From: Vulcanimicrobiota bacterium
GTDB taxonomy: Bacteria > Vulcanimicrobiota > Vulcanimicrobiia > Vulcanimicrobiales > Vulcanimicrobiaceae
Assembly: GCA_963723515.1 (NCBI GenBank)
Contig: CAVRQT010000002.1
Coordinates: forward strand, 736,001-800,000
Direction: 5' to 3'
DNA: 64,000 nt
Both the position numbers and the translations under genes were made by a program. How positions within the stretch are numbered: the first letter of the stretch is position 1; each line of letters opens with the position of its first letter. The notes beneath the pieces are model-generated. The model was not told the origin of the DNA. It did no database searches and worked only from the letters and a program-made list of their open reading frames with translations. Below, one piece after another: positions 41,013-51,502 of the stretch.

Positions 41013-43484
41013 ATGAGTTCAGAACAAACGACCCGCGAAGACAACGGCCTCATCGGCATCTTGCCGCTTCAGGAAGCGGTGCTCTTTCCCAGCACCGTGA
41101 TTCCGCTCGCGGTCGTGAAGAAGCCAGGCATCATCCTCGTCGAGACGGCGCTTCGCGAAGGACGCCCGGTCGGACTTACCGTTTTGCGCGACAAAGACAA
41201 GGAAGATCCGGGGCCGGAAGACATCCAACGCGTCGGCACGATCGGCACGATTCAAAAGATGCTCAAGGTCCCAGACGGGACGCTGCGCTGCATCGTCGCC
41301 GGGCAAAGCGTCTTTCGCATCGACCACGTCATGCAAACCGAACCGTATATGGTTGCGGCGTATTCCGAATTGCCGGACATCACCAAAGAATCAGAAGAAC
41401 TCACGGCCATGCATCGCAATCTCGCCGGTCTCTTTCAGAAGCTGCTCGGCTATTTGCCGCAAGCACCGCGCGAGATGGAGATGGAAGTCCAGAACATCAC
41501 CGATCCGAATCTGCTGACGTATTTCGTGGCGTCGACGATGCGGCTCGAAACGGCCGATCGGCAAGCGATCCTTGAAGAACGCAACACCGAGAAGCGGATG
41601 CGCAAACTGACGATCTTGCTGACGAAAGAGCTAGAGGTCGTCGAACTGGGCCACAAGATCCAATCCGACATTCAGCGCGAGATGGAAAAGAATCAGCGCG
41701 AGTTCTATTTGCGCCAGCAGCTGCATGCGATTCAGGAAGAGCTTGGCGAGACCGATCCGCAGCAAGCCGAGACGAACGAGCTGCGTCAGAAGATCGAGGA
41801 AGCGCAGATGCCCGAAGAGGCGCGCAAAGCCGCGGACCGCGAGCTCGACCGGCTTTCAAAAGTTCCGCAGGCGTCGCCCGAATACAGCGTCATTCGGACG
41901 TATCTTGATTGGCTCGTCCAGATGCCGTGGAGTAAGACGACGACCGATCAGATCGACATCAAGAACGCGCGCACGATTCTCGACGCCGATCACTACGATC
42001 TCGAAAAAGTTAAAGATCGCATCGTCGAGTATCTGGCGGTCGGAAAATTGCGCAAGCGCATGACCGGGCCGATTCTCTGCTTCGTCGGACCGCCCGGCGT
42101 CGGTAAGACGTCACTTGGCCAATCGATTGCCCGCGCAATGGGGCGTAAATTCGTGCGGCTTTCAGTCGGCGGAGTACGCGACGAATCGGAGATCCGAGGA
42201 CATCGCCGCACCTACATCGGCGCCATGCCCGGCACGATCATTCGGGCAATCCGCGATGCGGGCACGCGCAACCCCGTCATGATGATCGACGAGATCGATA
42301 AGGTCGGCAGCGATTTCCGCGGGGATCCGCAATCGGCGCTGCTTGAGGTACTCGATCCGGAACAGAACCACACGTTCCGCGACCACTATCTCGATCTGCC
42401 GTTCGATCTTTCGCACGTGCTCTTCATTTGCACGGCGAACAGTTTAGATTCAGTGAGCCCGCCGCTGCGCGACCGCATGGAAATCATTCAGCTGGCAGGT
42501 TACACGGAGTTGGAAAAGATTCAGATTGCCAAGCGCTATCTGCTGCGCAAACAGCGCCTGGCGAACGGGCTGAAGGATTCGCAGGCGCAAATCAGCGATG
42601 CGGCGCTGCGCGCGATCATCACCGATTACACGCGTGAGGCCGGCGTTCGCAATCTCGAGCGCGAGATCGGGACGGTATTCCGCAAGATCGCACGGAAGAT
42701 CGCCGAGCATCCGCGCTTCAAGGGCCGGATTAAGCCCGAGAGCCTTAACGAATATCTCTCGCGACCGCGCTTCTACAACGAAGTCAAGAAGCGTGTTGCG
42801 TCAATCGGCGTTGCGACGGGAATGTTTTGGACGCCCGTCGGCGGCGACATTCTCTTCATCGAGGCGACCGCAATGCCGGGCAGCGGCAAACTGACGTTGA
42901 CGGGGCAACTCGGTGACGTCATGAAAGAGAGCGCAACCGCAGCCGTTTCATTTTTGCGAGCGCGCTCCGGCGAGTTAGGGATGAGCGAAGATTACTTCGG
43001 CAAGCATGACATTCACGTGCACGTGCCGTCCGGAGCCGTACCCAAAGATGGTCCCTCCGCAGGCGTGGCAATTGCGTCGGCGATCGCATCGATGCTGACC
43101 GGCTTAAAGGTTGATTCTGACCTCGCGATGACCGGCGAAATCACGCTGACCGGTCAGGTTTTGCCGATCGGCGGTCTCAAAGAAAAAGTGCTCGGTGCCA
43201 AGCGCGCCGGCATCAAATGCATCATCCTTCCGAAGCGCAACGAGAACGATCTGGACGACATACCGAAGGAAGTGCGCGACTCGATGACCTTCATCGCCGT
43301 CGAGGAACTCTCCGAAGTCTTCTACCAGGCGCTCGGCAAACGCGTGATCACGCCCGTGATGCTCGGTGCAGATTCCGCGCGCCGGTCAAACAACGTTGTT
43401 CCGCTTCGGCGCGGCGCCATGAAACGCGTGCGGATCGAGCGCAAGCCACGCCGCACACCCGCCACGGCATCTCGTAAGCGCTAG
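41013..43484 (+). CDS. lon: ATP-dependent protease La
   Basis: DHYDLEKVK, GPPGVGKTS, GHRRTYIGAMPG, PKDGPSAG, IGGLKEK. Confidence 0.99.
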   Translation: MSSEQTTREDNGLIGILPLQEAVLFPSTVIPLAVVKKPGIILVETALREGRPVGLTVLRDKDKEDPGPEDIQRVGTIGTIQKMLKVPDGTLRCIVAGQSVFRIDHVMQTEPYMVAAYSELPDITKESEELTAMHRNLAGLFQKLLGYLPQAPREMEMEVQNITDPNLLTYFVASTMRLETADRQAILEERNTEKRMRKLTILLTKELEVVELGHKIQSDIQREMEKNQREFYLRQQLHAIQEELGETDPQQAETNELRQKIEEAQMPEEARKAADRELDRLSKVPQASPEYSVIRTYLDWLVQMPWSKTTTDQIDIKNARTILDADHYDLEKVKDRIVEYLAVGKLRKRMTGPILCFVGPPGVGKTSLGQSIARAMGRKFVRLSVGGVRDESEIRGHRRTYIGAMPGTIIRAIRDAGTRNPVMMIDEIDKVGSDFRGDPQSALLEVLDPEQNHTFRDHYLDLPFDLSHVLFICTANSLDSVSPPLRDRMEIIQLAGYTELEKIQIAKRYLLRKQRLANGLKDSQAQISDAALRAIITDYTREAGVRNLEREIGTVFRKIARKIAEHPRFKGRIKPESLNEYLSRPRFYNEVKKRVASIGVATGMFWTPVGGDILFIEATAMPGSGKLTLTGQLGDVMKESATAAVSFLRARSGELGMSEDYFGKHDIHVHVPSGAVPKDGPSAGVAIASAIASMLTGLKVDSDLAMTGEITLTGQVLPIGGLKEKVLGAKRAGIKCIILPKRNENDLDDIPKEVRDSMTFIAVEELSEVFYQALGKRVITPVMLGADSARRSNNVVPLRRGAMKRVRIERKPRRTPATASRKR

Positions 43485-43506
43485 TCGATCGGAATTAAAA
43501 CCTGCG

Positions 43507-44079
43507 CTAAGTTTGCGCTTCCGGTCCCCGATTGCGGTGTTCCACCAGCGAACAAAGCTGGTCGCTTCCAACATCGAAAACGCGGTTGGAACGAGCGCGT
43601 AAGTTTTCGAAGCCCGCAATAGCTGCTAGCTCGATGAGTTGTTCTTCCGAGAAGTGCCGGCGTAGTTCGCCGTAAAGGTCGTCGCTGACGTTCGCCGGCG
43701 TTTCCGCGAGCGCATCAGCCATATGCAACAGCGCAATCTCCGCCGGCACAAATCCATCGAAGCCGCCGGATGTAATTGTCGAGAGCTCGGCATCGCTGAG
43801 TCCGTACATTCTGCCACCTGCAGAATTCGCATCGATTCAGAATGGGCATCCGACGCGTGCCGCGGTTCTGAGCGTCACGATCATGGACTGACGCTGAGGC
43901 ACGGCTGATTTCTGAAACAGCAGCCAGTTGGCGAGAGCGTGAAACCAAAAAACACGAGGAACGCGTGCCGCGATTTTGAGCGGCGTAAGGTCACGCCCTA
44001 CCGCCTTGCGGACCATACCAAAGACGAGCCGCATGGGAAGCGAGACTCGCTTCGGGTCAACTCCATCGATTCGTGCCAC
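43507..44079 (-). CDS. AhpD/carboxymuconolactone-decarboxylase-like candidate selenoprotein, CxxU (UGA at 43837-43839)
   Basis: The two listed ORFs are in frame across one TGA: RVGCPF-U-IDANSAGG...VSDDLYGELRRHFSEEQLIEL...ENLRARSN; hairpin follows the UGA. Confidence 0.85.
43808..43826 (-). promoter_or_regulatory. candidate bacterial SECIS of the AhpD-like gene
   Basis: ATTCTGC-AGGTG-GCAGAAT hairpin starting 11 nt after the UGA, G-rich loop. Confidence 0.6.
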
Positions 44080-44105
44080 GCTAATTCTCCGTTATAAAGC
44101 CCGAG

Positions 44106-45147
44106 CTAAGCGACTTCGATTCCATCCCCAACGGATACGCTGCCGATGTGGGCGGCAAGCACGCCGCTTTCCTGAAGCGACTCCCTTAGCGCATCGGCGC
44201 GCTCAGGGGCGATCGCGATCAGTAGACCGCCTGAAGTTTGTGCGTCGAAAAGCGCGAGCCGCCGATGCTGCCCGACCGTAGCGTGAAAATGTGACCGAGT
44301 CTTCGTACGCCCGCGCATTATCGTGGCTTCCCGACGGAACATGACCTTCTGCAATAGATTCAAGGACGCCGTCCATCAGCGGCACAGAATTCGCAACGAT
44401 CTTGAGCCGCACGCGTGAGGCGCGCGCGATTTCGAGTCCGTGACCGAGGAGGCCGAATCCCGTTATGTCGGTTGCCGCGCTCGCACCATGCTTGACCATC
44501 GCTACGGCAGCTTTGTCGTTTAGTTGCACCATCCAGCGGACGGCTTGTGCCATTTGGGCGGCGTCGATCGCGCCATGCTTGAGCGCGGTGGAAAGAACAC
44601 CGGTTCCCAGCGGCTTGGTGAGCAACAGCACGTCGCCGGGTTGCGCGCCGGCGTTCGTGACGATCTTGCTCGGATCGGCGATTCCGACGACTGCCATCCC
44701 GTATTTCGGCTCCGGATCTTTGATCGTGTGACCGCCGATGATGGCGACCTTTGCTTGTTGCGCGATCGCCGCGCCGCCTTCGATGATCCGCTCCAGGATT
44801 CGAATGTTGAGTTTCTCGGTTGGAAATGCGGCGATGTTCAGCGCTGAAATCGGCGTTGCGCCCATCGCATAGATGTCGGAGAGACTGTTCGCGGCCGCAA
44901 TTCGCCCGAAGTCGAACGGGTCGTCAACGATGGGCGTGAAAAAATCAACGGTCTGCACGAGTGCCAGATCGTCTTTGAGCCGATAGACACCGGCGTCGTC
45001 GCTCGTAGCGACGCCGACCATCACACTTTCGTCAGTAGTTGCGGGCAAGCGGCGCAAGACTTGCGCCAGCTCGGCGGAGCCGAGTTTGCTTGCTCAACCC
45101 GCGCATGACGAAAATTCGGTAAGACGCACGGTCTCAAAGGACTGCAT
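44106..45147 (-). CDS. selD: selenide, water dikinase SelD, candidate Sec at codon 18 (UGA 45094-45096); frameshift near 44280
   Basis: MQSFETVRLTEFSSCAG-U-ASKLG, DDAGVY, QTVDFFTP, SDIYAMG, GGHT, TDITGFGLLGH, DAQTSGGLL. Confidence 0.95.
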
Positions 45148-45197
45148 ACGGCCTAATACAACATTCGCGCACAGAGGTCCGCGCGGAGGCGTCAGAA

Positions 45198-46428
45198 ATG
45201 AAACGCGAGTTGCTGTTTATCCCAGGCCCCGTCACCGTCTCGCAGCCGGTGTTGGCTTCGCTCGCAAGGCCGTTAATCGATCATCGCGGTCCGGCATTCG
45301 CGCAATTAATCGAGCGCATTACGCGTCAACTGCAACCGCTCTTCGGCACCTCGGGAGCGATTGCAATCCTCGGCTCCTCCGGAACCGGCGGCATGGAAGC
45401 GGCGCTCGTCAGTCTCTTTTCACCCGGAGACCATCTCTTGGCGTGCCCGGTTGGACTGTTCGGATTGCGCTTTGCAGAAATTGGACGGGCGTACGGGTGT
45501 GACGTCGAGATTCTCGAGACGCAAGGGGGCCATGCGCTCGATCCGCAGCGGTTCGCTGAGCGGCTTCGTGCGGATCGAAAGCACCAGATCAATGGCATAC
45601 TGCTGACGCACAACGAGACGTCGACCGGCGTTCAAAACGATTTGCTTACGCTGAGTCGTATCGCCGCCGAGCACGGTGCAATAACGCTCGTCGATTCCGT
45701 CAGCGGTCTCGGCGCGAGCGACGTGCGTATGGACGAATGGAGCCTTGATGCGATCGTGGCCGCATCGCAAAAAGTCTTAGCGGCTCCGCCGGGCGTTGCG
45801 ATGGTTGCGCTCAGCGATCGTGCCGTCGAGCGTCTTGCCGCTGCGGAAGTCCCTTCTTTCTACTTCGATTTGCGCAAAGCGCTAGACTTTTATGCGCTTG
45901 GCCAGACGCCGTGGACGCCGCCGGTTTCAGCGCTCTTCGCGCTTGAAACGGCGTTGGAACGCTACGCGGCAGAAGGCGCATCGAACGTGCGGGAACGACT
46001 CGGTCTCTATGCTGGCGCCATTCGAGCCGGTGCCAAAGCGCTCGGTTTAGAGCCTTTCTCGCGTCATGATGCACATTCGAATACCGTCGTTGCGCTAAAG
46101 GCACCGCCGAACGTCGATCTGGCGCACGTTGTGCGCGCCTTACGCGAGGAATATGGAATCGTAATCTCCGGCGGCCAGGAGCATCTCCGCGGCAAGATTT
46201 TGCGCATCGGCACGATGGGCGATATCGCGCAAACCGACATCATCGCGTCTGTTGAACGCGCTCGAAGAAGTGCTAAGCGAAGCGGGCGTTTCGGTTGAGC
46301 AAGGCGCAGCGGCACGAGCGGCGCTCGACGTCTTCGTACGCTTTGAAGAGACGACGTTGCCTACACGCGGTGACGGGCCAAGAACGGATGCACGAACGGG
46401 CGCGCAAACCATGGCAACGCTGACGTAA
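45198..46428 (+). CDS. class V aminotransferase (alanine-glyoxylate/serine-pyruvate type); frameshift near 46250, end approximate
   Basis: FIPGP, SGTGGME, HNETSTG, DSVS, ASQK..AAPPG, RIGTMG. Confidence 0.9.
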
Positions 46429-46897
46429 TCGCTCCATCGATTCGGCCGTCCGGCTGAGTCAGCAGCGCCACAAGGCGCGAATTGTGGAGATCGTTGCGGA
46501 TGTCGCGCGAAAGCGGAAAGAGCAGCGCGACGTACAGGATAAACCAGAGGAAGACGATCGATTTCAGCAGCCCAACGCCGCCGCCTGCTAGAGCATTTCC
46601 CAATCCGAGAAACGGAAGCTTCGCGAAGCGATTGAGAAACCAAGCCACTGCGATGACCGCAATGTAGGTGAGAAGGCCGACGACGAACATCGCAACGACA
46701 TGCGCGGATCCCGGTCCTAAATGCACGTAGCTTTGAAGTGTTTGGTCCGCAAAGCCGTTATACCAAAACGGCGTAATCAAGGCGGCGAAGAGCGCGATGC
46801 CGCCGGTCAGCTCCGAAATGAAACCGCGTTTGTACCCCTTGAGCGTCGCGATCAAGACGATCGCGCCGATGACCAGGTCCGGCCAAACGAGTCCCAT
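46361..46897 (-). CDS. CvpA family (colicin V production) membrane protein
   Basis: D..I...GYKRGFISE, N..AG...GLLK pattern. Confidence 0.85.
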   Translation of the reverse strand: MGLVWPDLVIGAIVLIATLKGYKRGFISELTGGIALFAALITPFWYNGFADQTLQSYVHLGPGSAHVVAMFVVGLLTYIAVIAVAWFLNRFAKLPFLGLGNALAGGGVGLLKSIVFLWFILYVALLFPLSRDIRNDLHNSRLVALLTQPDGRIDGAITSALPWFARPFVHPFLARHRV

Positions 46898-49259
46898 CAG
46901 GTGCGAAGCGTTGCGCCGAGCTTTTGTTGCAAGGCTTTAACGACGCGCTCGACGACCTCGTCGGCTTGCGAGTCGGTCATTGTCGTGTCGTCGCGGCCTA
47001 AGATCATGCGTGCCGCGAGACTCTTGCGCTCCGGACCGATTTGCGGCCCTCGGTATTCATCGAAGACGCGCACCCCTTTGCACAGCGGCCCCGCGGCCTC
47101 GAGCGATCGCTGCTTCGAGATGTGCCGCAGTGACGTCGAGCGGAAGGATCAACGCCAAATCGCGATCCGTTGTCGGGAAGCGCGACGGCACGGTGAAGCG
47201 CGGCGCAGTCTTCGGCGGCAAATTCTCAAGTTCAATGCCGCCTGCGTAGACCGCAAGCTCGATGTCGTAGGCGCGCGTCAGTCGTGGATCGAGAGTGCCG
47301 ACATACGCCACGCGCCGTTCGTCGAGCGATAACACGGCGGTTTTTCCGGGGTGGAAACCACGCAATTCTGCGGCCTGCTCCTCGGGCGTTCGGCCGGTCA
47401 ATTCATGAACGAGCGCTTGCGCGTGCCCCTTAGCGCGCAGAAAGTGCGAATCGCGCCACGGCGGCTCGTCGAGTCGTTTTGCCGTGAAGGCAAAACCGAC
47501 GACCGCATGTTCGTCAACCGGAGCGCTTGCCTCGAAGACATGTCCGATCTCAAAAATCTTCATCGGTTCGCGCAACCGTGCAAAGTATTCGAGGAAGCCG
47601 GGTTCTAAAGCGCGTCGTAAGTAGCGCTGATCCTCGGAGAGCGGGTTGCGAACTTCGGCCAGCGGCACATCGGGTAAACCGGCTTGCGCGCTCTTCTCTT
47701 GCACGCGCGATCCATGCAACGAGTAAGAGACGATCTCATGGTAGCCCAGCGCAGCGAGGGCGCGGGCGGCGCTGCGTTCGCGCAAGTATTCAGCGCTCGA
47801 AATGTCGCGGGGCGCCAGCTCCGGAAACTCGGCCGGCACATTCGCATAGCCGGCCATCCGCGCGATCTCTTCGACGATGTCGGCTGCATACGTGACGTCG
47901 CGTCGCCAAAGTGGCGGCGTGACGTCAAGCATGTCACGAGTTGGGCGATGTGACGGAGAAGCCAAGACCCTCGAGATAGGCTTCGACCTCGCCTTGCGGC
48001 AGTTCGAAGCCGAGTAAACGCTTGACCTCGCCGAGCGGAAAACGGATCGACGGCGGCGCTTCAATCGGCTTGCCGAAGATCAGTGCCGGATGCGGCGTAG
48101 CGCCTTCGTCCGCAAGAAGATTTGCGGCGCGTGTGGCGCCGTAATCGGTGAGGATCGGCGCAAGGCCTTTCTCGTGGCGCGCTGAGGCTTCGGTGCGCAA
48201 ACCTAAAGCGGCGCTCATTCGGCGAATGCGCGCGCCGGCGAAGTTCGCGGCCTCAAGAATAATCGATGTTGTCGCCTCGGTGACTTCAGTTCTTTGGCCG
48301 CCTTTGAGACCGGCGAGCCCTTGCGCTCCGGCGTCATCGGCGATGACGAGATCGCGCGACGACAGCTCGTACTGCATGCCGTCGAGCGTCGTTAGCCGCT
48401 CCTTGTCGCCGGCGTCGCGCGCGATCAGATGGCGGCCCGTGATCTTCGCTGCATCGTAAAAATGCAGCGGCTGACCGACTTCGAGCATGACGTAATTCGA
48501 GATGTCGACGACGTTATTGATTGGCCGCTGTCCGGCGAGCGCGAGGCGCACGCGCATCCAAAGCGGCGAGATGCCGATGCGCACGTCGCTGAACCGTTGA
48601 GCGACGAACCGTGGGCAGTCTTTCGACTTGAGCGTAACGCTGACGCCTTGCGGATCCTCGCCGCCTGGTACGACTTCTTGCATGCCGGCCGGAGGCCGCA
48701 GCGGCGTGCGGTATGCGGCCGCAAGTTCGCGCGCCAGGCCAAAGATCGACATCGCATCCGGCCGGTTCGTCGTGATCTCGACGTCGAGGACATCGTCGCT
48801 CAACTGAAGCCACTGCACGACGTCTACGCCCAAGCGCGCGTCGCCGTTCAGCTGCAAGATACCGTCTTCGAACCATTCCGGTGGAAGCCCGAGCTCGTCG
48901 GCTGAGATCATCATGCCCTCGGATTCAAAGCCGCGCATCTTGCGCCGCTCGATCGTGAGGTTGGGAAGTCGTGCGCCTATCGTCGCAACCGCAATCGTTT
49001 GATCGACTGCGACGTTCGTTGCGGCGGTCGCAACGTTTAGCCGCCGCTCGTTGCCGACGTCAACGCCGGCGACCAACAGCCGATCGGCATTCGGATGCCG
49101 CTCGAGAGTCGCGATTCGACCGATGACGATGCCGGAGAGCGCCGGTCGCTTGACGATGTCTTCAACGGGGAAGCCAATCTCTGCCAAACGATCGGCGATC
49201 GCTTGCGAATCGGCGGGCAAATCGACGAACTCGCGCAACCACGCAATGGGAGTTCTCAA
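46897..49259 (-). CDS. pheT: phenylalanine--tRNA ligase beta subunit (frameshifts near 47950 and 47080)
   Basis: WLREFV, HPNADRL, ITTNRPD, NNVVDISNY, GQPLHFYD, DIVEEIAR, NPLS, SRFP..RD. Confidence 0.95.
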
Positions 49260-49375
49260 TTAGACGGCGCTCCGCTCTAAGCTACGCGCCCCCCAGCCGA
49301 GCTGGGGCCCCCAGGCCATCGCTCCCTCGCGAATGTCGAAGAAACACCATGCCCCGTGGGGTCGCGGAAGAAACA

Positions 49376-50410
49376 TTATCGTAGCTGCTCCAAGAATTGC
49401 GGGTCGTTTTCAAAGAAGCGGCGGATGTCGTCGATCCCGTAGCGCCGTAGTGCGATGCGCTCAAGGCCAAAGCCGAACGCCCAGCCGGAGTAGACGTCAG
49501 GATCGTACTTCAAGTTGCGCAAGACGTTCGGATGCACCATCCCGGAACCGCCGAGCTCGATCCATCGCGCGCCGCCGCACATCCGGCAAGCGCCGCCCTC
49601 ACCTTTGCAAACGGGACACCGCGCATCGACTTCAGCGCTCGGTTCGGTGAACGGAAAATATGACGGCCGAAAGCGCAGGTCGGTCTCAACGCCAAAGAGC
49701 TCACGGCACATGCCGATCAACATTCCCTTGAGATGTCCAAAGTGGATCGCCTCGCCGACGAGCAGTCCCTCAACTTGATGGAACATGAACGAGTGTCGTG
49801 CATCGACCGCGTCGCGCCGATAGCATTTTCCCGGCACGATCACGGCCACGGGCGGCGCAAACGCTTCGAGCGTGCGAATCTGCATCGGCGAGGTATGGGG
49901 ACGTAAGAGCATCGTGTCGCTCAGATAGAACGAATCAAAGCCTTCACGCGCCGGATGGTCCGGCGGAATATTCAGCGCATCAAAGTTGTAGTAATCCGGC
50001 TCCGCTTCTGGACCAAGCACGATCGCAAAACCGTGCCGTTCGAAGTATGAGGCGATGTCTTCCATGACTTGCCGAATCGGATGCAGCGAGCCGAGATCAG
50101 GCTTTTCAGCCGGAAACGTTACATCGATCGACTGCTGAAGCGCCGCTTCAAAGCCCCTGTTTTCCGAGCTTCGCAGCGCGTCATCGAGCGCCGCTTCCAT
50201 CTTAGCCACGGCTTCGTTGATGATCCGACCGGCATCTGGGCGCTGGGCGGCCGGCAACGAACCGATCGCGCGGCGCACTTTGGTGACCTCTCCGTTGCGG
50301 CCGAGGAAGGAGACGCGCACCGCGTCGAGCGCTTTGCCGTCCAATGCAGCAGCGAGCGCATCGTCAAAGCGCCCTCGCATTGCTTCCAACTGCTGCTCTA
50401 AATCGCTCAT
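49376..50410 (-). CDS. pheS: phenylalanine--tRNA ligase alpha subunit
   Basis: NFDALN..HPAR, LRPHTSP, FHQVEG, FPFTEPS, Cys4 insert, GFGLER. Confidence 0.98.
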   Translation of the reverse strand: MSDLEQQLEAMRGRFDDALAAALDGKALDAVRVSFLGRNGEVTKVRRAIGSLPAAQRPDAGRIINEAVAKMEAALDDALRSSENRGFEAALQQSIDVTFPAEKPDLGSLHPIRQVMEDIASYFERHGFAIVLGPEAEPDYYNFDALNIPPDHPAREGFDSFYLSDTMLLRPHTSPMQIRTLEAFAPPVAVIVPGKCYRRDAVDARHSFMFHQVEGLLVGEAIHFGHLKGMLIGMCRELFGVETDLRFRPSYFPFTEPSAEVDARCPVCKGEGGACRMCGGARWIELGGSGMVHPNVLRNLKYDPDVYSGWAFGFGLERIALRRYGIDDIRRFFENDPQFLEQLR

Positions 50411-50416
50411 TACAAA

Positions 50417-50450
50417 TGAAAAAGCGCCCGGCTGGTTTTTCCGGGCGCTC
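50417..50450 (-). terminator. intrinsic terminator or attenuator directly upstream of pheS
   Basis: Minus strand AGCGCCCGG-N9-CCGGGCGCT-TTTT, ending about 8 nt before the pheS ATG. Confidence 0.8.
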
Positions 50451-50475
50451 TTGAAACTCTACCTTTTTTCGCGCT

Positions 50476-50577
50476 TTAGGACGGATTCGGACTCGGATGG
50501 AGCTGCCGATAAATCAGGTAAGCGTTGATCGACCCGGTTGTCTTGAACAGCTTCCAAAAAAAGTCGCAGGTGGCCAT
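50476..50577 (-). CDS. YqzL-like 33-aa peptide
   Basis: MATCDFFWKLFKTTGSINAYLIYRQLHPSPNPS fits the DFxWxxFxxTGxIxxYL pattern; AAGGAG upstream; extended -10 TGcTATACT at 50642-50650. Confidence 0.75.
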   Translation of the reverse strand: MATCDFFWKLFKTTGSINAYLIYRQLHPSPNPS

Positions 50578-50719
50578 ATGTGCGCTGCTTCTCCTTCTCA
50601 TCGGTCGGTCCGCACGCCGGTAGGGCTCTGTGCGTGCGAAGAGTATAGCATGCGACTTTTCCACAGGGTAGTCTTGACAGATTGTCCGATTTGGACTGTC
50701 TTGACAAACTCCTGGCCGC

Positions 50720-51502
50720 TCAGCTTCCGCTCCTGGACGCCTCGTACAATGCAACCGTGCCGGCCATGGCGGCATTGAGCGATTCAGCCGTTCCAGCCGT
50801 GGGAATAGCAAGCAGCCGGTCGCACGCATCTTGCCAGCGTCCTAATCCGTGCCGCTCGTGCCCAACCACAATCGCCGATTTCGGCGCTAGCGCAAGGCGA
50901 TCGAGCGGCTCTCCCTCACGCGAGAGTCCGAACACCGTCCAGCCGTGAGCTGTTGCAAGCTCGGAACATTCGCGCGGCGGCGCCTGAGCAATCCGCGCGC
51001 GAAAGAGCGATCCCATCGCAGCTCGCACCACTTTGGGGTGGTGCGGCTCGACGCCGGCGTCGCCGAACAGCACTCCGCGTACGCCGAATGCATCGGCGGC
51101 ACGCACCAGCGTACCGGCATTGCCGGGGTCATTGAGATCGGCCAAAACCAAGATGCGGCCGCCGGCTTCGAAGAGCGCTGCGGCTTCTAAGAGATTCGCT
51201 TTTCCGATCGCGACGATGCCTGGCGGTGTCACCAGATCGGAAAGCGATTTGAGCGTGCGAACGTCGACGAGGTAAATCGGCGGCTCTTCACGCCGATCGA
51301 TCTCTTGAAGCAGCGCGAACGTTTCAAACGCTTGGGCCGTCGCGAAGATCGCCTCCATTTCTACGCTTGAGGAAAGCGCTTCGGCGAGCACGGTCGGGCC
51401 TTCGAGCAAGAAGTGTCCCTGAGAACGCCGTTCCCGACCCTTTAGTAGGCGACGCGCCTCGGTTAAGCGCCGGTTGTGCGCCCCCAGCACTTGCGGACTC
51501 AT
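50720..51502 (-). CDS. TrmH/SpoU family RNA methyltransferase
   Basis: FLLEG, DPGNAGTLVR.A, KVVRAAMGS, GHE..G, ESLNAA. Confidence 0.93.
   Translation of the reverse strand: MSPQVLGAHNRRLTEARRLLKGRERRSQGHFLLEGPTVLAEALSSSVEMEAIFATAQAFETFALLQEIDRREEPPIYLVDVRTLKSLSDLVTPPGIVAIGKANLLEAAALFEAGGRILVLADLNDPGNAGTLVRAADAFGVRGVLFGDAGVEPHHPKVVRAAMGSLFRARIAQAPPRECSELATAHGWTVFGLSREGEPLDRLALAPKSAIVVGHERHGLGRWQDACDRLLAIPTAGTAESLNAAMAGTVALYEASRSGS

Noticed and set aside
50411..50640. T-box riboswitch upstream of pheS
   Set aside because: No UGGNACC T-box bulge or recognisable stem I; the region instead holds a YqzL-like ORF
50657..50665. Replication origin inferred from a DnaA box (also a weak one at 1018-1026)
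   Set aside because: Isolated boxes, no cluster, no AT-rich unwinding element and no dnaA/dnaN nearby
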